NCBI GenBank assembly: GCA_035691445.1
Contig: DASSJA010000340.1
Coordinates: 1 to 29,888, forward strand
Direction: 5' to 3'
DNA: 29,888 nucleotides
Source of the DNA: Burkholderiales bacterium
Lineage (GTDB): Bacteria > Pseudomonadota > Gammaproteobacteria > Burkholderiales > SG8-39
Shown: piece by piece, positions 21,554 to 29,888 of the stretch
How positions within the stretch are numbered: the stretch's first letter is position 1
How the letters are laid out: every line of letters begins with the position of its first letter
Notes under the pieces: generated by a model
What the model was told of the DNA's origin: nothing
Database searches by the model: none
What the model saw: the letters and a program-made list of their open reading frames with translations, nothing else
Translations under genes and position numbers: made by a program

Positions 21554-21997
21554 ATGCATTCCCAAAACATGCATATGCAGCACCCTTGCGCCTACCTGGA
21601 TCAAGGCGATGGCATCTCCGCGCTCATGCCGCATGCCAAGCACTTGATCGAACTGCGCGAGATTCTCGCCTCGCTGCTGCCGGAACCCCTGGCGCGACAG
21701 TGCTCCGTCGCAAACTACAAACAGGGACGAGTCGTTGTTTTTGCCGCTAGCGGCGCCGTCGCCGCCAAACTCAAATTTATGCTCCCGGCATTGCTGGAGC
21801 AGATTTCGAAGCGAGCGTCGGAGGTTACCGGATTGACCGTGGCCGTGCAAGCCCTGGAGTCGAAGGATCAAGTCTCTGACAAATCAGCACAAATTAGCTC
21901 GGAGGCCGTTTTGGAGCTTGCCGAGCTCTGCAGCCAACTTCCTGATTCAGAATTGAAAACCGCGCTAGCGCGAATCGTCTTTCAGCATCGCCGCTAA
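21554..21997 (+). CDS. dciA: DciA (DUF721) replicative helicase loader family protein; start uncertain (21554/21569/21575)
   Basis: LLPEPLARQCSVAN...VVFAASGAVAAKLKFMLPALL...V.VQ, C-terminal DSELKTALARI; typical position between the M23 gene and lpxC. Confidence 0.75.
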   Translation: MHSQNMHMQHPCAYLDQGDGISALMPHAKHLIELREILASLLPEPLARQCSVANYKQGRVVVFAASGAVAAKLKFMLPALLEQISKRASEVTGLTVAVQALESKDQVSDKSAQISSEAVLELAELCSQLPDSELKTALARIVFQHRR

Positions 21998-22005
21998 GTG
22001 ACTGC

Positions 22006-22191
22006 CTAGACGAGCATAAATGCTCGTTCCAGTATCAAAAGTCCAAAGAAGAGCAGGGCAAAAATCAGGGCGTACTTGAATACGCGAAGGGCAAAACGAA
22101 GGTACTTCTTGTCCCGGGTGAGAAGGTACAGGACGACCCCGGTAACGGTGGCGAGCACCACCAAGATTGCCGCAATGCGCAGAGCGAGCAC
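22006..22191 (-). CDS. Small (61 aa) two-helix membrane protein of unknown function
   Basis: Hydrophobic helix, basic linker (TRDKKYLRFALR), hydrophobic helix. GTG start 18 nt after the lpxC stop. Confidence 0.75.
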   Translation of the reverse strand: MLALRIAAILVVLATVTGVVLYLLTRDKKYLRFALRVFKYALIFALLFFGLLILERAFMLV

Positions 22192-22209
22192 GGGCTCGCA
22201 CCTCTCCGC

Positions 22210-23127
22210 TCAGCCGGCTGGCAGGGCAAACAGCCGGGAGAGCGCGACCGGAGCATCCTCCTCCCGTTCAAAGGTCACCCATTCCCAAGTTTCCTTGGAG
22301 GCGAGTGCCGCGCGCAACAGTCGGTTGTTCAGGGCATGGCCCGATTTATGAGCCGAAAAGCTGCCGATCAGCGGGTGCCCGATCAGGTAGAGATCGCCGA
22401 TCGCGTCGAGCAGCTTGTGCTTGACGAATTCGTCGCTGTAGCGCAACCCTTCGGCGTTCAGCACGCGGTATTCGTCGACGACGATGGCGTTGTCGAGGCT
22501 CCCCCCCAGCGCGAGGCCTGAATCGCGCAGGGCTTCGACATCCTGGATGAAACCGAAGGTGCGCGCGCGCGCGACTTCCTTGACGTAGGAAGTTTCAGCG
22601 AAGTCGACGAAAGCGGTTTGCGCCGACTGCTCGAACGCCGGGTGATCGAACTCGATCGAGAACGAGAGCTTGAAGCCCTCGAAGGGTTCGAAGCGCGCCC
22701 ACTTGTCTCCGTCTTTCACCTCGACCGTGCTTTTGATCCGAAAAAAGCGCTTCGGCGCGGGTTGCTGTTCGATCCCCGCCGATTGAATCAGAAACACGAA
22801 GGGCGCGGCGCTCCCGTCCATGATCGGCACTTCGGACCCCGTGAGATCGACGTAAACGTTGTCGATGCCCAGTCAGGCGAATGCGGACATCAGGTGTTCG
22901 ACCGTAGCGACTTTGGCTCCGTTCGCCTCGAGCGCGCTGCACAGCCTCGTGTCCGTCACCTTGAAGGCGTCGGCGACGATATCGATCGGAACGGGCAGAT
23001 CGATGCGCCGGAATACGATCCCCGTATCAGGCGCCGCGGGCCGCAATGTCAGCGCGACCTTTTCACCGGTGTGCAAGCCCACACCGGTGGCGCGAATCAC
23101 GGACTTTAGGGAGCGCTGCTTGAACAT
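22210..23127 (-). pseudogene. lpxC: UDP-3-O-acyl-GlcNAc deacetylase LpxC interrupted by one in-frame TGA (22873-22875); true pseudogene, sequencing error or readthrough not resolved
   Basis: [80 protein letters not shown]. Both halves share one frame; total 918 nt, a normal LpxC length. Confidence 0.9.
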
Positions 23128-23169
23128 TTGCGTCGCCGCAGCAATGACGTAGCCGATTGAAAGTACGGG

Positions 23170-23178
23170 ATTTTAGCA
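23170..23178 (-). promoter_or_regulatory. Candidate extended -10 promoter for lpxC
   Basis: TG-c-TAAAAT, 42 nt upstream of the lpxC ATG. Confidence 0.55.
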
Positions 23179-23188
23179 CAGAGCCCGA

Positions 23189-23216
23189 CCTCGCCGGCCC
23201 GGAATTTCCGGCGAGG
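23189..23216. other. GC-rich 9-bp hairpin between the small ORF and the lpxC promoter
   Basis: CCTCGCCGG (23189-23197) / CCGGCGAGG (23208-23216), 10-nt loop, no U-tract on the minus strand. Confidence 0.6.
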
Positions 23217-23239
23217 CGCGCCCTGCTGCCAGCCCTTTT

Positions 23240-23389
23240 TCAGTGCGGCCGCTTGCGCAGGTAAGCAGGAACGAACGCCACGGTGCGGATCAGCACGGGG
23301 GCGGTTCGCCCGCGGAGTTGCACCGCGGGTCGAACAACCAGGGGCTTGCGCAGATAGCGAGGCATGCCGGGCCGTTTGGCTGTGCTCAT
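23240..23389 (-). CDS. Putative 49-aa small protein with two FtsZ C-terminal-peptide-like motifs
   Basis: Context is ftsZ TAG-GGAGAATCC-ATG (SD GGAG, 5-nt spacer). Translation: MSTAKRPGMPRYLRKPLVVRPAVQLRGRTAPVLIRTVAFVPAYLRKRPH*. Below the ORF-track length cutoff. Confidence 0.65.
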   Translation of the reverse strand: MSTAKRPGMPRYLRKPLVVRPAVQLRGRTAPVLIRTVAFVPAYLRKRPH

Positions 23390-23398
23390 GGATTCTCC

Positions 23399-24550
23399 CT
23401 AGTCCGCCTGCTTGCGAAGGAAAGCCGGGATGTCGTACTTGTCGACTCCGTTCGCCTGGAGCGCTTCGATGGTGGAAGCGCGGTTCTTGCGGATTACCGC
23501 CGGCATCTCGTCGAGCACGCGGAAGTCCACCCCTGCGACCGGCATGTTGTCGGTGCCGGTTTTCTGCACCAGCTTCGGCTTGGCCACTCGCGCGACCTGC
23601 GGCTGGCCCAGGCCGGTCGCGATCACGGTGACGCGCAGCTCCTCGCCCATGGGATCGTCGTACACCGCGCCGAAGATGATGGTTGCGTCGTCCGCGGCGA
23701 AACCGCGTATGGTATTCATCACCTCCTTGGTCTCGCGCAGTTTCAGGCTCGATTTGTTGGCGGTGATGTTCACCACGACGCCCCGCGCGCCGGACAGATT
23801 GACTCCTTCGAGGAGTGGACAAGCGACCGCCTGCTCGGCGGCGATGCGCGCGCGATCCACGCCCGAGGCAGCGGCCGAGCCCATCATCGCCATGCCCTGC
23901 TCGGCCATTACCGTGCGCACGTCCTGGAAATCCACGTTGATGAGGCCGGGCACGTTGATGATCTCGGAGATCCCGGCGACCGCGTTCTTCAGCACGCTGT
24001 CGGCGGCGGAGAATGCGTCCTCCATCGACACATCGTCGCCCAATACTTCTTCGAGCTTCTCGTTGAGGATCACGATCACCGAATCGACGTGCTGGGACAG
24101 CTCCTCGATACCGAGCTCTGCAGCCTGCATCCGGCGCACGCCCTCGAACGAGAACGGCTTGGTCACCACCGCAACGGTCAGGATACCCATCTCCTTGGCG
24201 ACCTCCGCGACCACCGGCGCAGCACCTGTCCCGGTGCCACCGCCCATTCCGGCGGTAATGAAGGCCATGTGCGAACCGTGCAGCGCGTCGGCGATCTGGT
24301 CGCGGGCCTCGAGCGCCGCCGAGCGACCGGCTTCGGGCTTGGCTCCCGCGCCCAGACCCGAGGATCCGAGCTGGATCTGATTCTTCGCCTGAGTGCGCGA
24401 CAGCGCCTGCGCGTCGGTGTTGGCGGTGATGAATTCGACGCCCGCCACGCCGTTCCGGATCATGTGGTCGACGGCGTTGCCGCCCGCGCCGCCGACACCG
24501 ATCACCTTGATCACGGTGCCGCTCAATGTGCTTTCGACGACTTCAAACAT
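23399..24550 (-). CDS. ftsZ: Cell division protein FtsZ
   Basis: IKVIGVGGAGGNAV, NTDAQAL, GLGAGAKPE, tubulin motif GMGGGTGTG, KPFSFEG, GLINVDFQDV, C-terminal DIPAFLRKQAD. ATG 24550 after AAGGAGG. Confidence 0.99.
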   Translation of the reverse strand: MFEVVESTLSGTVIKVIGVGGAGGNAVDHMIRNGVAGVEFITANTDAQALSRTQAKNQIQLGSSGLGAGAKPEAGRSAALEARDQIADALHGSHMAFITAGMGGGTGTGAAPVVAEVAKEMGILTVAVVTKPFSFEGVRRMQAAELGIEELSQHVDSVIVILNEKLEEVLGDDVSMEDAFSAADSVLKNAVAGISEIINVPGLINVDFQDVRTVMAEQGMAMMGSAAASGVDRARIAAEQAVACPLLEGVNLSGARGVVVNITANKSSLKLRETKEVMNTIRGFAADDATIIFGAVYDDPMGEELRVTVIATGLGQPQVARVAKPKLVQKTGTDNMPVAGVDFRVLDEMPAVIRKNRASTIEALQANGVDKYDIPAFLRKQAD

Positions 24551-24598
24551 GCTTACCTCCTTCCGGGTGAAATGAAAAAACTCTGCCTGCAAGCACGG

Positions 24599-25828
24599 TT
24601 AGAAATTGTGCTGAAACCATTCGCGCATCCTTCTTCCGACCTGACGCAGCGATCCGCCCTGGCGCGCGATGAGTCCGCGCTGCGTCTGCACCACCCCCTC
24701 GAGCAGGAGACCCACTCCGGTGGCGTAGCGCGGGCTGCGGATCACGTCGGCCAGCGAGCCGGTGTAGCGCGGAATGCCGAGCCGCACCGGCATGTGAAAA
24801 ATCTCCTCGCCCAGCTCGACCATGCCCTGCATCACCGCCGAACCGCCGGTGAGCACGACTCCCGAGGACAGCAACTCCTCGTAGCCGGAATCGCGGAGCA
24901 CCTGCTGGATGAGGGAATAGAGCTCCTCGACGCGAGGCTCGACGACTTCGGCGAGCGTCTGGCGTGAAAGCATCCGCGGCGGGCGGTCGCCCACGCCCGC
25001 CACCTCGATCATCTGGCCGGCCTCGGCGAGCTGCCTGAGCGCGCAGCCGTGATGGACCTTGAGTTCCTCGGCCTCGGCGGTGGGCGTGCGCAGCGCCATG
25101 GCGATGTCGTTGGTGATCTGATCGCCAGCGATCGGCACGACCGCCGTGTGGCGGATCGCGCCTTCGCGGAACACTGCGATATCGCTGGTCCCGCCTCCGA
25201 TGTCGACGAGGCACACGCCGAGCTCTTTCTCGTCCTCGGTCAGCACTGCCTGCGAGGAGGCGAGCGGCTGCAGGATCAGGTCATTCACCTCCAGCCCGCA
25301 ACGGCGCACGCACTTGACGATGTTCTGCGCGGCCGAGACAGCGCCGGTGACGATGTGCACCTTTACTTCGAGCCTCACGCCGCTCATGCCGAGCGGCTCG
25401 CGCACGCCGTCCTGGCCGTCGATGATGAATTCCTGGGTGAGGATGTGCAGCACCTGCTGGTCGGTGGGAATGGGCATCGCGCGTGCGGTTTCTATCGCGC
25501 GCTCGACATCGGTCTGCGTAACCTCCTTGTCCTTGATCGCCACCATGCCGGTGGAGTTGAAGCTCTTGATGTGGCTCCCCGCGATCCCGGTGAAGACGCG
25601 CTCGATCTTGCAGTCGGCCATCAGCTCGGCTTCCTCGAGTGTTCGCTGTATGGCGTTCACCGTCGCTTCGATGTTCACGACTACGCCCTTCTTCAGGCCC
25701 TTGGATTCGTGCCCTCCCATGCCGACGATGTCCATGCGCCCGTCGGGGAAGAGCTCGGCGACGATCGCCACGACCTTCGAGGTGCCGATGTCCAGGGCGA
25801 CGATGAGGTTCTTGTTTTCCTTCGCCAT
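24599..25828 (-). CDS. ftsA: Cell division protein FtsA
   Basis: LDIGTSKV, GLKKGVV, EPLGMSGVRLE, LVDIGGGTSD, AGDQITNDIA, EAEELK, VVLTGG, PRYATGVGLL, C-terminal amphipathic helix. Confidence 0.99.
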   Translation of the reverse strand: MAKENKNLIVALDIGTSKVVAIVAELFPDGRMDIVGMGGHESKGLKKGVVVNIEATVNAIQRTLEEAELMADCKIERVFTGIAGSHIKSFNSTGMVAIKDKEVTQTDVERAIETARAMPIPTDQQVLHILTQEFIIDGQDGVREPLGMSGVRLEVKVHIVTGAVSAAQNIVKCVRRCGLEVNDLILQPLASSQAVLTEDEKELGVCLVDIGGGTSDIAVFREGAIRHTAVVPIAGDQITNDIAMALRTPTAEAEELKVHHGCALRQLAEAGQMIEVAGVGDRPPRMLSRQTLAEVVEPRVEELYSLIQQVLRDSGYEELLSSGVVLTGGSAVMQGMVELGEEIFHMPVRLGIPRYTGSLADVIRSPRYATGVGLLLEGVVQTQRGLIARQGGSLRQVGRRMREWFQHNF

Positions 25829-25829
25829 G

Positions 25830-26588
25830 TCAGATTCCCGCGTGCGCCGTTTTCAGGGACTCCAGCTTCGGGGTCTCCGTGACGTGGAGCGCGAAGCCGT
25901 TGGGGTAGCGCAGATCCACGTAGTCGAGGCGCTGTCTGGATTTGCCGAGCGTTTGCGGGAATACCGACACGAACCTGGCGAGACGCACCTCGACGGGCTC
26001 CTTGTCCAAGTCGCGTCCGAGCTGCACCGTGAGGCCGTTCGAGAGCTTGAGCTGCCAGGCCAGGCGAGAGCTCAACAAGACCTGCCTCGGTGCGAGGCCG
26101 AGCGGTGCGAGGAGATCGCGGAATACGAGGTAGCGATGGGTAACCTCGCCCTCGCTGCCCGCCGGCCCGACCAGAACGGGCAGCGAGGCGTCGCTCTTTC
26201 CGCGGAAAAGCTCCCCATGAGTGTTGATCAGCTGGGTGTCCCTTCCCTGGCCCCAGCGCGCCAGCACCGCCTGCTCCTCGAGGGTCACTTCCAGGCAGTC
26301 GGGCCAGCTGCGGCGCAGTTCGGCATGGCGTACCCAGGGAATGCCCTCGAAAAGCAGGCGCACTGCTTCCAGGTCGACGGTGAAAAACGTGCCTTTTACC
26401 CTTCCCTGGAGCGCATTGACGATATCGCGGCGCTCGACATGCTCGAGTTGGCCTTCCACAACGATCGTCTTCAGCAGGAACACCGGCGATTCGAGCAGTA
26501 CCCGTGCCCCCGCTGTCGCCACCATCACGAGCGCCAGCGCGGCGAGAGCGCTTGCGGCAGCGTTGGCGAGGCGCGGGTTATCCCACAC
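25830..26588 (-). CDS. ftsQ: Cell division protein FtsQ
   Basis: Single N-terminal TM, POTRA (FFTVDL, IPWV, RRSWPD), [24 protein letters not shown]; lies between ddl and ftsA. Confidence 0.95.
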   Translation of the reverse strand: MWDNPRLANAAASALAALALVMVATAGARVLLESPVFLLKTIVVEGQLEHVERRDIVNALQGRVKGTFFTVDLEAVRLLFEGIPWVRHAELRRSWPDCLEVTLEEQAVLARWGQGRDTQLINTHGELFRGKSDASLPVLVGPAGSEGEVTHRYLVFRDLLAPLGLAPRQVLLSSRLAWQLKLSNGLTVQLGRDLDKEPVEVRLARFVSVFPQTLGKSRQRLDYVDLRYPNGFALHVTETPKLESLKTAHAGI

Positions 26589-27516
26589 GATCGGCCCCCT
26601 TCTCGAGTCGCGCCGATTCGAGAATCTTCAGGCAGAGATCTTCGAACGACAGACCGGCGTGACGCGCGGCCATGGGTACCAGCGAATGGTCGGTCATCCC
26701 CGGGGAGGTGTTGACCTCGAGGAAATAAGGCTTTCCCGAGAGGTCGAGCATCAGATCGACGCGGCCCCAACCGCTGCACCCCAGGGTCCTGAACGCGAAC
26801 AGCGCTTCGTCCTGGACGATGCGCTCGGCGTCCGGCGGCAGCCCGCAGGGGATGACGTAGCGGGTGTCGTCCGCCTCGTACTTGGCTTCGTAGTCGTAGA
26901 ATTCACGCGGTGTTTCGAGCTTGATGGGCGGCAGGGGCTTGTCTCCGAGAATTCCCACCGTCAGCTCGACGCCGTTCACGAACGCCTCCGCGATCACCAC
27001 GCTGTCGTAGTTGGCGGCGAGCGCATGGGCTTCGGGCAGCTCGCGCGCGCTCTTCACCTTCGTCATTCCGATCGAGGAACCCTCGTTCGCCGGCTTCACC
27101 ATCAAAGGCAGTCCCAAGCGGGTCACCACCGCCTGCATGTCGCTGTCGCGCGCTAGAAGTTCCGAGCGCGGGGTCGGGATACCGCACGCCTGCCAGACGA
27201 GCTTCGCGTGCCACTTGTCCATGGCGAGCGCGCTGGCGAGCACGCCCGACCCGGTGTAGGGAACGCCGAGCAGTTCGAGGGCGCCCTGGATCGTCCCGTC
27301 TTCGCCGTAGCGGCCGTGCAGGATGATGAAAGCGCGATCGAAACGCTCCCGGGAGAGCGCCTCGATTCCGTGCTCCTTCGGGTCGAAAGCGTGGGCATCG
27401 ATGCCTTGCGCTTTCAGCGCAGCGAGGACTCTCTCCCCGCTCCTGAGCGACACCGGACGCTCCGCGGAACGCCCGCCCATGAGCACCGCTACCTTCCCGA
27501 AGTCGCGCGGGCTCAC
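26578..27516 (-). CDS. ddl: D-alanine--D-alanine ligase
   Basis: [71 protein letters not shown]. Confidence 0.98.
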   Translation of the reverse strand: MSPRDFGKVAVLMGGRSAERPVSLRSGERVLAALKAQGIDAHAFDPKEHGIEALSRERFDRAFIILHGRYGEDGTIQGALELLGVPYTGSGVLASALAMDKWHAKLVWQACGIPTPRSELLARDSDMQAVVTRLGLPLMVKPANEGSSIGMTKVKSARELPEAHALAANYDSVVIAEAFVNGVELTVGILGDKPLPPIKLETPREFYDYEAKYEADDTRYVIPCGLPPDAERIVQDEALFAFRTLGCSGWGRVDLMLDLSGKPYFLEVNTSPGMTDHSLVPMAARHAGLSFEDLCLKILESARLEKGADRVG

Positions 27517-28436
27517 GCGGCCTCCCCGATGATTCTCACTTCCGGGACGAGATCGACCGCGTAGCGGTGCCTGACGGTCTCGCGCGCCAGCGCGATCAGC
27601 GCCTCGATGTCCGAGGCGCGCGCCCTGCCCTTGGGGTTGACGATGAAATTCGCGTGCTTCTCAGAAATGCGCGCGCCGCCGATGTCGCGGCCCTTGAGTC
27701 CGCTCGCCTCGATCAGGCGCGCCGCGTGATCTCCGGGCGGGTTGCGGAACACCGAGCCGGCATTGGGCAGATCGAGCGGCTGCGTAGCGAGACGCCGCGC
27801 AAGCAATTCCTTGATGCGCCGCCGCGCGGCCTTCTCGTCCCCGCGGTGGAAGCGGAACCAGGCGGCGAGGAACCACTCGTCTTCACCCAGTTTCGACCGG
27901 CGCAGCTCGGCGCGCCGATAGCCGATGTCGAACTCGTCCGGCGCGCGCTCGGCGAGCTTCCCCGAGCGCGAAACCATCAGCACCCTGGCGACGACGTCCC
28001 AGGTTTCCGACCCGTAGCAGCCGGCGTTCATCGCGAGCGCGCCGCCGACGGTGCCGGGAACTCCCGCGAGGAATTCCGAGCCCTCGAATCCGTGCATCGC
28101 GGCAAAGCGCGCTACCTTGGGCGAGGCGGTCCCGGCGTCGGAGTAGATCAGATCGTCCTCCGCGCGCATCGCTCCGCCCGGGTCATGCATCAGCACCACC
28201 GTGCCGCGATAGCCGCCGTCGCGCACCAAGAGGTTGCTGCCCAGGCCGACGAAACACACCGGCTCACTCGCAGGGAGTGTTGCGAGAAACGCAGCCAGGT
28301 CCGAGGCGTCCGCGGGCGAGTAGGCGCGGGCCGCGACGCCGCCTGCACGCCAACTGACGTGCTTTCGCATCGGCTCGTTCAGCCGCAGGGTGCCGCGCAG
28401 GGCGACGGAATGGGCGATCGGCTCGGCCATGTTCAT
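27513..28436 (-). CDS. murB: UDP-N-acetylenolpyruvoylglucosamine reductase
   Basis: [66 protein letters not shown]. Confidence 0.97.
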   Translation of the reverse strand: MNMAEPIAHSVALRGTLRLNEPMRKHVSWRAGGVAARAYSPADASDLAAFLATLPASEPVCFVGLGSNLLVRDGGYRGTVVLMHDPGGAMRAEDDLIYSDAGTASPKVARFAAMHGFEGSEFLAGVPGTVGGALAMNAGCYGSETWDVVARVLMVSRSGKLAERAPDEFDIGYRRAELRRSKLGEDEWFLAAWFRFHRGDEKAARRRIKELLARRLATQPLDLPNAGSVFRNPPGDHAARLIEASGLKGRDIGGARISEKHANFIVNPKGRARASDIEALIALARETVRHRYAVDLVPEVRIIGEAA

Positions 28437-29830
28437 CTGCCGCCCTTCAAAAGCGCTCCCGGCACGCCACCGATCGAACCCGCGCCCATGGTGAGAACCA
28501 CGTCGCCCGAGCGCGCGAGCTTGCGTATCGCATCGGGCATGTCGGCGATTCTTTCGACGAACACCGGTTCGATCTTTCCCGCGACGCGGATCGCCCGCGC
28601 GAGGGAACGCCCGTCAGCTGCGACGATTGGCGTCTCCCCTGCCGGATAGACGTCGGCCAGCAGCAGAGCGTCGACCCCGGAAAGCGCCTTGACGAAATCC
28701 TCGAAAAGGTCGCGAGTGCGGGTATAGCGGTGCGGCTGGAAGGCGAGCACGATGCGCCGCCCCGGGAAAGCCCCGCGCGCTGCGTCCAGAGTCGCGCGCA
28801 TCTCGGCCGGGTGGTGCCCGTAGTCGTCCACCAGGGTGAAGCTTCCGGAGGTCTTCCCGTTCGCTGCGAGCGGAATCTCGCCGTAGCGCTGGAACCGTCG
28901 GCCCACTCCCCGGAATTCCGCGAGTGCCTTGCGTATCGCCGCATCGGGTACGCCGAGCTCCGTGGCGACGGCGATGGCGGCGAGCGCGTTCTGCACGTTG
29001 TGCCGTCCGGGCAGATTCAACGTGACTTCGAGGGGAGGCGCGCCCTCGCGCATCGCCTTGAAGCGCATGCGCTCGCCGGCGACGACATCCGCGCCCCGGA
29101 CCATCGCGTCATCGCGCAACCCGTAGGTAACGATGGGTTTCGCCACCGAGGACATGATTTCGCGCACGCCGGCGTCGTCCGCACATAGGATCGCGCTCCC
29201 GTAGAAAGGCAGGTTCTGGAGGAACCCGACGAACGCCCGCTTCAGACGCGAAAGATCGTGCTGGTAGGTCTCCATGTGGTCGGCGTCGATGTTGGTCACC
29301 ACCGCCGCGACCGGCTGCAAGTGCAGGAAGGACGCGTCCGATTCGTCCGCCTCGACGACGATGAATTCGCCGCTGCCGAGCTTGGCATTGGAGGCCGTGC
29401 TGACCAGCCGTCCGCCGATGACGAATGTGGGATCCAAGCCGCCCTCGGCGAGCACACTCGCGACGAGGCTCGTCGTGGTCGTCTTGCCGTGCGTTCCCGC
29501 GATTGCGATCCCCTGCTTCAAGCGCATGAGCTCGGCGAGCATCAGCGCGCGCGGCACGACCGGAATGCGCTTGGACTGCGCCGCGACCACTTCGACGTTG
29601 TCGGGCGTCACCGCGGAGGACACGACCACCGCGTCCGCCGACGCGACGCTCTCGGGCATGTGTCCGAGCGTGACCTTCGCGCCGAGGCCTGCCAATCTTT
29701 CGGTTGCAGCGTTGGCGGCGAGATCGGACCCGCTCACCTGATATCCCAGATTGACGAGCACTTCGGCTATGCCGCTCATGCCCGAACCGCCTATCCCCAC
29801 AAAGTGGATGCGCTTGACCTTGTGCTTCAC
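28433..29830 (-). CDS. murC: UDP-N-acetylmuramate--L-alanine ligase
   Basis: [76 protein letters not shown] 29830 overlaps the murG stop. Confidence 0.98.
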   Translation of the reverse strand: MKHKVKRIHFVGIGGSGMSGIAEVLVNLGYQVSGSDLAANAATERLAGLGAKVTLGHMPESVASADAVVVSSAVTPDNVEVVAAQSKRIPVVPRALMLAELMRLKQGIAIAGTHGKTTTTSLVASVLAEGGLDPTFVIGGRLVSTASNAKLGSGEFIVVEADESDASFLHLQPVAAVVTNIDADHMETYQHDLSRLKRAFVGFLQNLPFYGSAILCADDAGVREIMSSVAKPIVTYGLRDDAMVRGADVVAGERMRFKAMREGAPPLEVTLNLPGRHNVQNALAAIAVATELGVPDAAIRKALAEFRGVGRRFQRYGEIPLAANGKTSGSFTLVDDYGHHPAEMRATLDAARGAFPGRRIVLAFQPHRYTRTRDLFEDFVKALSGVDALLLADVYPAGETPIVAADGRSLARAIRVAGKIEPVFVERIADMPDAIRKLARSGDVVLTMGAGSIGGVPGALLKGGR

Positions 29831-29888
29831 CGGGCGAGCTCCATGCACGCCCGCGCAACCGCCTCGGTCGCGTCGGGCCGCCCGAGGG
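29827..29888 (-). CDS. murG: 3' end of MurG glycosyltransferase (partial)
   Basis: [19 protein letters not shown] ending at TGA 29827; position directly upstream of murC. Confidence 0.8.
   Translation of the reverse strand, partial: LGRPDATEAVARACMELAR

Noticed and set aside
22840-22875. Selenocysteine recoding of the lpxC TGA; a 6-bp hairpin ATCGAC...GTCGAT follows the codon
   Set aside because: Homologues have Gly, not Cys, at this position. The stem starts only 6 nt after UGA and its loop begins with AA, unlike a bacterial SECIS. The symmetry is explained by the conserved IDNVYVD codons.
22873-22875. Genome-wide UGA=Gly reassignment (translation table 25)
   Set aside because: TGA is the normal stop for many genes here (pgpA, thiL, ribH, ribBA, rimM, pilC, pilD, secA, murG), often in ATGA/GTGA/TGATG overlaps.
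27513-28436. murB located inside the dcw cluster between murC and ddl
   Set aside because: murC-murB-ddl is a common order in many proteobacteria; useful for taxonomy but not novel.

Overview
High-GC bacterial chromosomal window. Gene content and order point to a betaproteobacterium (inference). It is almost entirely housekeeping genes. From left to right: a Memo-AMMECR1 (AmmeMemoRadiSam B/A) fusion cut by the left edge; pncC-pgpA-thiL-nusB-ribH-ribBA(X); rplS-trmD-rimM-rpsP-ffh; ypjD/ccsA-like and corB-like genes; pilC-pilD-coaE-zapD-yacG; a MutT-ThiE fusion; a DUF815 ATPase; argJ; secA; an M23 peptidase; dciA; and the end of the dcw cluster (murG end-murC-murB-ddl-ftsQ-ftsA-ftsZ-lpxC). I found no RNA genes, CRISPR array or transposase. 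Three anomalies stand out. (1) An unlisted 49-aa ORF (23240..23389, minus strand) lies directly behind ftsZ, has its own GGAG Shine-Dalgarno, is in frame with ftsZ, and carries two copies of a motif resembling the FtsZ C-terminal peptide (MPRYLRK and VPAYLRKRPH-stop, versus FtsZ IPAFLRKQAD-stop). It is a candidate division regulator or decoy. (2) An in-frame TGA replaces a conserved Gly in the otherwise intact lpxC. (3) A tandem 48-bp palindromic, REP-like element is inserted in frame in pilD. All translations and coordinates were derived by hand; no database searches were run.
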